From positions 3,782,001-3,846,000 of the forward strand of contig NW_026782299.1 of NCBI RefSeq assembly GCF_031769215.1: DNA of 64,000 nt, in the 5' to 3' direction. This DNA is from Ylistrum balloti (Eukaryota). Shown here one piece after another: positions 56,301 to 64,000 of this stretch (position 1 is the stretch's first letter; the number at the start of each line of letters is the position of its first letter). Position numbers and translations under genes: made by a program. Under the pieces are notes generated by a model, which saw only the letters and a list, made by a program, of their open reading frames with translations, did not search any database and was not told where the DNA came from.

Positions 56301-56651
56301 TGAATAATACATAACTTTATCAAGAAGGTGTAAAAGTAGGGTCAGTACTTGATAAATCAAAGATGTATATGAAATTATGTATATGAAAATTTGATATTTT
56401 GAAGTTGATATATCAGCATATTTTCTCTAGTGTATCGCCTCTCCCAGATTTAGGTCTTATATATATATGATTTTGTTGTACATGGTCAAATGCAAAAATA
56501 TTAATTCATGTAAGTTTGTGTTAAGATCATTAAAAATACAGTTATACACTTATGAATGTCTCAAAATTTATCATCCTTCATAAGATATTTCGTTTGTATT
56601 TTCTCATTCTTTTAATCTATTTACAATTTTCAGAATGCAACCGATGGATAA
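47335..56651 (+). CDS. Uncharacterised type-I membrane protein (~517 aa): signal peptide, three ~130-150 aa repeats, Ser/Thr-rich stalk, TM helix, short tail
   Basis: Phase-consistent exons: 47335-47392 (MKKWLWIFTVFSLSVEYLT), 49845-50159, 50559-50690, 51316-51420, 51780-51887, 52328-52545, 53197-53452, 53785-53859, 54181-54246, 55246-55305, 55595-55633, 56134-56237 (LGIIIGACLLVVVGVATGVLCVIF-KKKK), 56634-56651. All junctions are GT-AG and the frame stays open. Confidence 0.8.
52577..52860 (+). repeat. G-rich minisatellite, ~6.4 x 44 bp
   Basis: Unit tgtgttgagggtggggatgggagtgggcgttggcggtttgtgaa starts at 52577, 52621, 52665, 52710, 52754, 52798 and 52842 (partial). Confidence 0.96.
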
Positions 56652-58149
56652 TAATTTTTGGTTAAAATGACGAAAACATGTTTCATGAAGAGTTCTACCC
56701 GGTTATGACTTGGCAACAAATACACATTGTACAGATTTATGAACGCAGATTTGAAATGCTGTCTGTTAAAATGTATTTTTGATTTTCCCGTTGTTGCATA
56801 TTTTGAATATTTAGTATTATGTAAATCTATGTTCCTATAAATTGGTATCATCTTGTAAAACGTAATTCATTTAGGACTAGAGACAGTATCATATAGTATG
56901 TATGTTGTGCCATAGCACAAAACTATACCAGTTACCTATTACTGATATTCTGATCTCTGTAATTATTAAAGATCACATAACGACTGTCGTTAAAATGACA
57001 TGATACCGTAAAAGTAGTTTTTCGAGCGTTTTTATTTTTAACAATTTTGGTGAATGGATCAAACCATGAAAATAGATTCCTTGAAAATAAAATTGAAATT
57101 AAAGTCTATTTCATGACATCCACGAAAATTTATCCTCGAACCACCTGAAAAATTATTGCCTTGAAAATATCATTTTTTCAAAAGTTATTTAGACAATGAA
57201 AGCTTTTGGTAAAACCTTTAAAATTTCAACCATCGAAAAACAACCTTTGCAGTATATGAATGCAATCGAGATATTTGTTGACAGGTAGCAGTGTAATGTT
57301 TTTCAGATTCTCTCATCATTTTCTACTATATCATTATTCACCCATAGACTTCAATTTTCTCTATTAATCCATTTGTTCATTTTCTCATGTGAAACATTTT
57401 GAGTTACTAATTAAAGACTTTAAATTTGTTTTTACGAGTTTGTTTATTCTTTTTATCGATACATTATATTTCAATATTCAATGATAAATCGTTACTAATT
57501 TTATCAGAATATAATCAGATGTCCTAACCCATAGTTTCTGATTTGCAGTGTAACTGTGTAACTAAAATTCTTGGATGTGTTGTTACAAATCCATTTAAGT
57601 TTGTCTCTTAATGTGCTTTACACTCCTGTTTTCTGAGGCAAACGTAATTGCTGTATTTAGGAAGAGTAAAATATAAAAAATACCACATTCATACCATAAA
57701 GGAAATGCAACTAAAACTAGATTCTACCCACTGACCGAGGCATATCAAAGTTTTTTAAAATGGTAATGACCATTTCCTTCTTAACTTTCAGCATTATAGT
57801 CGATCATCTACTTTTTAGTATAACGTAATCGGATACGTAGGATGTTCTTCTTGTGCCTGCGTTAGTATACTGTACTTTAGTAGCACTAGAATATCCACCC
57901 AGCTTCCCATAACACATACGTTCCACACATAAATTTATCTTGCATACACCAAGACATCCTTAAATACCACAGCTGTACCCATTTCCTTAAAATAACGTCG
58001 ACACAGGTGAAAGTTTCATTATTTTATTCAAATTTATTGTGCTTTACAGAAAAAATATAACAAAGACAAAAACAGAAACGAGATCAACATACATCACTTG
58101 AGAGCATTACATTAAAACAAAAATTTGTATTTTAAATGAAATTATTTGT

Positions 58150-60520
58150 TCAACAACCAGTTTGATCACATGGGATGAAATGGCCTGTATCAATGTTAAA
58201 ACTTTTGAAAACATTAAAGAGTTCATCAATCTTCGATTGTGGAAGCGACCTCTGTCGGGAAAGAATCCAAGCAAATTCAAGATGGCTGATTCCAATGATA
58301 TCAGTGCAGGAGTAAATGAGAGTGTATGACGTGTAGTCTGTTTTAAGAACCCAGTAATTGCCGTATGGTGTGTCTGGAAAGAGAAATTAAATTCAAATTT
58401 AAATAAGATATAGTAGAGTCAAACAATGAATTAAATTATACATCATACAGCTGTTCCGTCCTTCTAAGACTCGTCAGTGATGTTAAAACCTATTAAACCT
58501 ATGCTGCTACTGAGGAAAATCAGAATTTAATATATATGATAACTTTAGAAGTTCTGAACCGTGCTAATATTCGAATAAATAATAGTCCACCAGCAGTGTC
58601 AACCACCTGCAATCTCAAAGATTGTACAATGTAAACAATGAAACTGTGTTTAAAGATCACATAGGAATTGAGACCACCTCGATCTTAAGACCACTTTATT
58701 TCCGTCACAAAAACCTCTATCTTTGGTTTTTGTCTTCACTGTTCAGACAATCTCATTATCAAGATCTTTTCGAAATTAAGACAGCTTTAGAATAAGGCCC
58801 TAAGACTAGTTTTGCACTGAATTTCATCTCGCTTGTCCGACCACTGACCAGTCACAAATTTACCTGATGTATATCCCACTATGTACATCTGCCAGGTGTC
58901 AGATCAGTTAACTGTATTCAGGTGTCAAACTGGCAACCTTAGTTTTAATTACGGTATGTTTAATGTTATAAAACCTACAAACTTATTTACTGACTGAGAG
59001 TATACTCTGTCTGCCTGGTCATCTTCGCTATCCAGAACAAATCGCCGTGAAGACCACTTTCGTTAAGTATCCAAGGTGGTTTTAATTATTAGGTTTCGAT
59101 CTATTCATAATTGTATTTGCTTGTACTGCTATATCTCTAAATAAAAACTGGGGGAAAAATAGAAAATCGCAATTACTCACTTGCTGCGAATCTGATTTTG
59201 AGTTTAGCAGGTGAATTGGGGTCCGTTTGGATGGCATCTCCGAAGGCAATTGAGCTGTTTCTTGTTTTGGGACTGTGGAAAAGGAAATGTGTCTTAGTGG
59301 TGGATGTATTACTTAATTCATCAGGTAAGTGATCTCAAAGGAACACGCACATTTTTTTTTTACTTTATTCATTTCATTTGGTTAAAAATCAAGTTTGATA
59401 TATTTTTATCAAAATGATCTACGAGTAATAGTGCTAGGCTACATGCCATCATTTCAATAACATATTTGATGATGACTAAATTTTAAAATCCTTGTATACT
59501 CACTCAATTCCTTGGTTTTTGATCTTGATATGGTTGTCTGGTGTCAGAGTGTAGTTTGCTACTATACATTTCTCTCCTGATTCGAAACTGGCTGGGAATT
59601 TGTAAAGTTCATACCAGTCTCCAACGTACTGCAAGATTGATAATCCGTGATTAATATCATAGTGTTAACAAGATGCATACGTTTCCTTTTAGACTATTTT
59701 CTTCAGTTTCAAATTAGTAACAATGTAATACACAGTGTTTCCTTTTAATTTCGTTGAAATCGTGGGTGCTGTTATTTAACGAATTGTAGCATTTTCAACG
59801 AATTCATATGCCCATGTATAAGAAGATTTATTTAGATATATTTGTTCAAGAAATCAAGAATACAGCAAATAGAAAGTTTTAGGAATCATAAAATTTGTAC
59901 CCCACAAAAAAATACATGATATTACAATAGTAATGATGATTGAGCTGTACGTCTGTTAAGTACAGTTTCCGACGTACATTGTATCTTATGAAGTGCCATA
60001 AAAACGATAAAACAAATATAATTTTCCCTTTGACATTAACAATCATAGTACTGATTTCGTCTGATTGTGTTTTTCAAAAAAAAATCATGTTTGCAGATTA
60101 TTACGCGTTTCGATATTAACGTAGATCGAAATCCAAAAATTGAAAACAGATATCTTTTTTGAAGTTTTCTTTTCGCTGAAGTCACGATTTACATCTATTA
60201 GAACAGCAGTGTAGTTTGTATCATATTCTTAATGCTATTTCTGTTTCAAGTTCTCATCACTTCCTTCTACATATAATTTATAAACATTTCTTTACATTTA
60301 ATATAAAATCATGTTAAATAAAAAACATCAAACCAGTGATAAATGAATGATAGTTATGCCATTTGTTTTCTAACATATAAAATGACACCAGTTATTTCAA
60401 ACTTACCCTAGAAAGATCGAAGTTATCTTGCGTGTGCGTTACAGGACAATGTCCAAAACTGAAAGTTTGTGCCGAAGTGAAAGCAACAACGACAGCGAGT
60501 ACCAATCCTTGTCTAAGCAT
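58150..60520 (-). CDS. APOD: Apolipoprotein D-like lipocalin (184 aa)
   Basis: Exons 60520-60407, 59628-59504, 59272-59181, 58373-58150. Signal peptide followed by FSFGHCP..QDNFDLSR, lipocalin motifs YVGDWYE, YWVLKTDY and FAWILSR, and a C-terminal Cys. Confidence 0.95.
58440..58483 (-). ncRNA. Solo minimal type I hammerhead ribozyme motif (A13G variant) in ApoD intron 3
   Basis: Minus strand reads ACAUCA CUGACGA GUCU uagaa GGAC GGAAC AGCU GUA UGAUGU: 6-bp stem I, intact CUGANGA, stem II, palindromic stem III and GUA site. GAAA is changed to GGAA. Confidence 0.75.
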
Positions 60521-60559
60521 GACTGTAGAAATGTAATCACTTCAATTTCAACTGAGGAA

Positions 60560-60598
60560 AGAATCTGAATTTTTTTCGTAAAATTCAGTCTTTATATA
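60560..60598 (-). promoter_or_regulatory. TATA box and initiator-like motif of the minus-strand ApoD gene
   Basis: TATATAAA at 60598-60591 (minus), an Inr-like TCAGAT ~31 nt downstream, and the ATG at 60520. Confidence 0.55.
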
Positions 60599-61084
60599 AC
60601 ACGGCTGCCCGTGATATTTCACATGTTTTTACGCGTGAATTTTTGTCCAGCCTTACGCAAATCGTACAGTTACGAAATGTTGTCCCTGATAAGGATCCAG
60701 TAAATTCCGGAGTTGGGGTCATTGCCGCTATTGGGAGATTAGGTCTGTTTGTTTCAGGCCAAAGGTTAAAGTATTGTTCAACATAAGATTAATAGAAACT
60801 GTGATGACAAAACATGAAACTAGTATCCTAAAACCGTGTAAAGATTTAAACATAAATCAATTTCAACTTAACTGCTTTCAGATTAAATTGTCCATACAAT
60901 CACTGTTGTAACCATATTCGTTAATCATTTCATCAAAACATTTTATTAACAAAAATGTTTTTCTAATATGTAGGATCAACAATGAAATCAAGCTGTAATT
61001 GAAATAAACACTTATACTAAAGAAGAATGACATAAAATAAATAGCACCATTTAATATATATCCAGATAAGATAAAGTAGATGCT

Positions 61085-61264
61085 ACATCATACAGCCATT
61101 TCGTCCTTCTAGGACTCGACAGTGATGCTACATCATACAGCTATTTCATCTTTCTAGGACTCGTCAGTGATACTACATCATACAGCTGTTTCGTCCTTCT
61201 AGGTCTCGTCAATGATGCTACATCATACAGCTGTTTCATCTTTCCAGGACTCGTCAGTGATGCT
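61085..61264 (-). ncRNA. Tandem array of four 45-nt minimal type I hammerhead ribozyme motifs
   Basis: Units at 61085, 61130, 61175 and 61220. Minus-strand consensus is AGCAUCA CUGACGA GUCC uagaa GGAC GAAAC AGCU GUA UGAUGU, containing every canonical hammerhead element. Confidence 0.85.
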
Positions 61265-62199
61265 TTAAGTTGGAGGCAAATGAAGAAAATCCAAATTGAA
61301 TAAAAGAAATCTAGAATCGAAATCTAGATGGAGAGGTGCACTCAAACATTATCCGTTAATCAATTGATCAGTTTTTTTTATTGACAGAAACACGTTCAAT
61401 GCTTCCGCGTGTGTACGATTAAGATTTCAGGGATGGATAAGTTTTGTTTTGCAACAGAAAGTATTTGAGTAGTTTGAAACGAAAGGAAATATTGAAATCG
61501 ACAATAACTTTAGGAAAGTCAATCCTTTACTTTTCTAAATTCGGGGGAAATATAGAATCATGCTTAATGATTGATCTTGATGATGGTTCATTCTGTAGAG
61601 TATTGTGCCTATGAAAACAGATCAGAGGAACGTTGTTCCACGTTCCTCTCCCTTGGCTGTTTGTTTTTCTTAAAAAGGTGAGAAACGGAACGGCATGTGC
61701 TGATATGGTTTTGTCCTTGGCAAATCGCTTCACTCCAAATTTCTCTGGATGACTTGCGTCGGGTCTCTCGTATGCTGTTCAGTGATGTAGTCACCAAGAT
61801 CTTCAAGCAGATTCAGATTCAAAATGACCAAGGCTGTTCACTAAGTCCATCTATCAAACGAACTATCAATGACGTAAGGCATTTTTTTTATAATTTTGAT
61901 CTTACGATGCAGAAAAGCGTATTATGACTACAAACTATGCTGTAAACATTAACTGTTCAAACTCACTCGTAAGGACACGTGAACTAGAGAAAGTTACAAA
62001 GTGCTACTAATACAACCCAACAACTCCGGTATGTACGGAAGGGTCTTGACCCTTCACGCTGAATCCTATCAGTTACCTTGTTTTCTAGGTCACACTTATG
62101 AAACCTGCTGACCATATCTTTAAAGAAAACAGCAAAACGAAGTATCATTTTAACAAACATGTCTATTTTTTTCCAACAAAATTTCATTTATATATATAT

Positions 62200-62800
62200 A
62201 TAGGTTTTTCTCCATTGATAACGAAATACGAATACAAATTCAAAACAACAACAAAGCTTAAAATGCCGTCATTTATGGTAAAAACCATCTTTCCTTGAAT
62301 TATAGGATGTTTGGTTATAAATATGTCAGTTGATTTGATGAAGGGTATTTTATTAATGCATTGAAGATATTTTCAATACAAGTTAAAAATACCTTGTCTA
62401 GTCCTCCGATAACACTGTTAGACATATTGATAACGTCTTCTATATAAATAGCGTTTTTTGACTATGTCTATTGTATATACCCATCAAAATTGGAAATCAA
62501 GGACACGACTTTTACCAACCACGTACAACGTAACTAAATGCGGACAGCCTGTCACAATTCTTGGTGATAAGTGTTAGGAGATTTCAAATTCCCTGTTGTC
62601 ATGGGTATTTTACATTTATTGATAGTAACGTTCTTACTTTTTCAACATATGATGTTAATTTCTCGCAGTAGATTCTGTATTCAATTGTTAGTTCCCAATC
62701 TCACGATTTCAGTCGAATTTGTCACTCAACACAGTATTTCGAGAGATAAATGTTAAGATGAAAAGTATATGGAATTTAAATTATCTCATTGGGAAATATT
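62200..62800 (+). mobile_element. Degenerate Penelope-like element reverse transcriptase fragment
   Basis: Plus-strand translation across frameshifts gives DNTVRHIDNV, FDYVYCIYPSKLEIKDTT, DK..GDFKFPVV, FIDSNV and SRIC, collinear with PLE RT motifs RYIDD / YP.ELEIKDTT / DKRDDFNF / DSNIP. Confidence 0.65.
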
Positions 62801-63263
62801 TAATTTCCTTATGTAATACGAGACCAGATTATCCTATGCTCGTTTATATACCTAGTGATTTCATAGTTATTTACCGTGTTCTCTAATGGAACGCATCATC
62901 GCTCCATAGGATTGACCAATATTTAAATGACGATTACCTTGCAGAATACCTCATATTATTTTTCTTCCACTTTCTTGGCATGGGTTTCGGTGCCATTTCC
63001 TTGTCCTTACAAATTTTGTCTTTATTTCATCACCTTAAGATCTTGTTACCGTTCCTATGTTATGCTCTTTTGTTCGCGAAATCTATCAATATTGTCCGAT
63101 CATATGTCCGGTTTTAAGCCTTGCCCTCCACGGCGACAACACTGGAATGTGATCATGGTTGTCTACGTACAATTCTCAGGTGAAAATGTTTCATAACCTT
63201 ACTTGCATAATTCAAATTTCGGAAACACGCTCCAAAACATGTGAACTGGAACTACCCACCGCC

Positions 63264-63271
63264 TATATAAG
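63264..63271 (+). promoter_or_regulatory. TATA box of the plus-strand ApoD paralog
   Basis: TATATAAG lies 65 nt upstream of the ATG at 63329. Confidence 0.55.
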
Positions 63272-63328
63272 ACGAGCGTAATTTCGGTAAAACTGCACAC
63301 TCTCCAGGACTCGAGTTTTAACACAACA

Positions 63329-63442
63329 ATGCTTAGACAGGTTTTCCTTTTGGCCGCGTTCGTGGCCCTTTCCTCGGCACAGTCATTCAGTTTTGGGGGA
63401 TGTCCTACAGTGACCACCCAGCAAAGTTTTGACCTCAATCAG
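63329..63442 (+). CDS. APOD: Second apolipoprotein D-like gene, first coding exon (rest beyond window)
   Basis: MLRQVFLLAAFVALSSAQSFSFGGCPTVTTQQSFDLNQ followed by gtaagt. Same length (114 nt), same phase and clearly similar sequence as exon 1 of the minus-strand ApoD (MLRQGLVLAVVVAFTSAQTFSFGHCPVTHTQDNFDLSR). Confidence 0.88.
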
Positions 63443-64000
63443 GTAAGTCATATCATTTACAAGTAACGGGGTACAGCTATTTTTTTCAATGCAGAATTTG
63501 CGATATTCCTAATTTAAAAAACCAAATTAGTTTTCAAACTGTTTAGAGCCAGAATTCAATTTCTTTTTAATTAGTATAACTCATCCCAATTTTACAGTGA
63601 ATCACATAGATAGAGTTCACGTGTACAGTTTCCATGCGTATGGTTTTATCAATCCACCACAGTGAAAATCATACCCCACCTATCAAGAACATAACGAAAT
63701 TATATTTTGTTATTTTTTTCTTTTGTGTGTGTGGCGGGATTATTCGATTCCTTGACTGTTTAAAGGAGAAAAATCTTTAAATTTGAAATTTTTTATATAA
63801 GGATCGTTAATTGTATAAATAGATATATTGATAGATGGGATTGCCACATACAAGCCATCAACCATTCTTACTATGATAATAAGAATGAAAAAAAAAGAGT
63901 TAAAAATACCGATATTAAATATCTGAAAATATCACACGTATCAATATTGTACCGAAACATTTTCAACTGAAACCACTTTTATTCGAACTGTGCCCTCTGT

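Noticed and set aside
63203-63270. Apparent non-coding first exon and TATA for the minus-strand ApoD
   Set aside because: The TATA is better explained as the plus-strand promoter of the second ApoD, and the minus-strand gene has its own TATA at 60591-60598.

Overview
This is AT-rich, intron-containing animal DNA. The repeat content and proteins suggest a bivalve mollusc (oyster-like; inference). Genes assembled by eye from splice sites and translation: (1) ANKRD27/VARP on the minus strand, running off the left edge, with two GC-AG introns. (2) A kinase whose whole catalytic domain lies in one exon, with an atypical VNDIK catalytic loop. (3) A complete TENT4 (PAPD5/7, Trf4-like) non-canonical poly(A) polymerase, 11 coding exons. 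(4) An unassigned type-I membrane protein of about 517 aa with three copies of a ~130-150 aa repeat. (5) A complete apolipoprotein D-like lipocalin (minus) and, head-to-head with it, exon 1 of a paralog (plus). Repeats include decayed Penelope-like RT fragments, a LINE 3' fragment, MITE/Helentron-like elements and several minisatellites. Top observation: between the two ApoD genes lies a 4 x 45-bp tandem array whose unit is essentially just a minimal type I hammerhead ribozyme with a palindromic stem III, and a fifth solo copy sits in an ApoD intron. Also notable: two neighbouring genes each carry tandem arrays of their own exon end plus 5' splice site. In ANKRD27 the copies are in frame; in TENT4 they lead into a stop codon.
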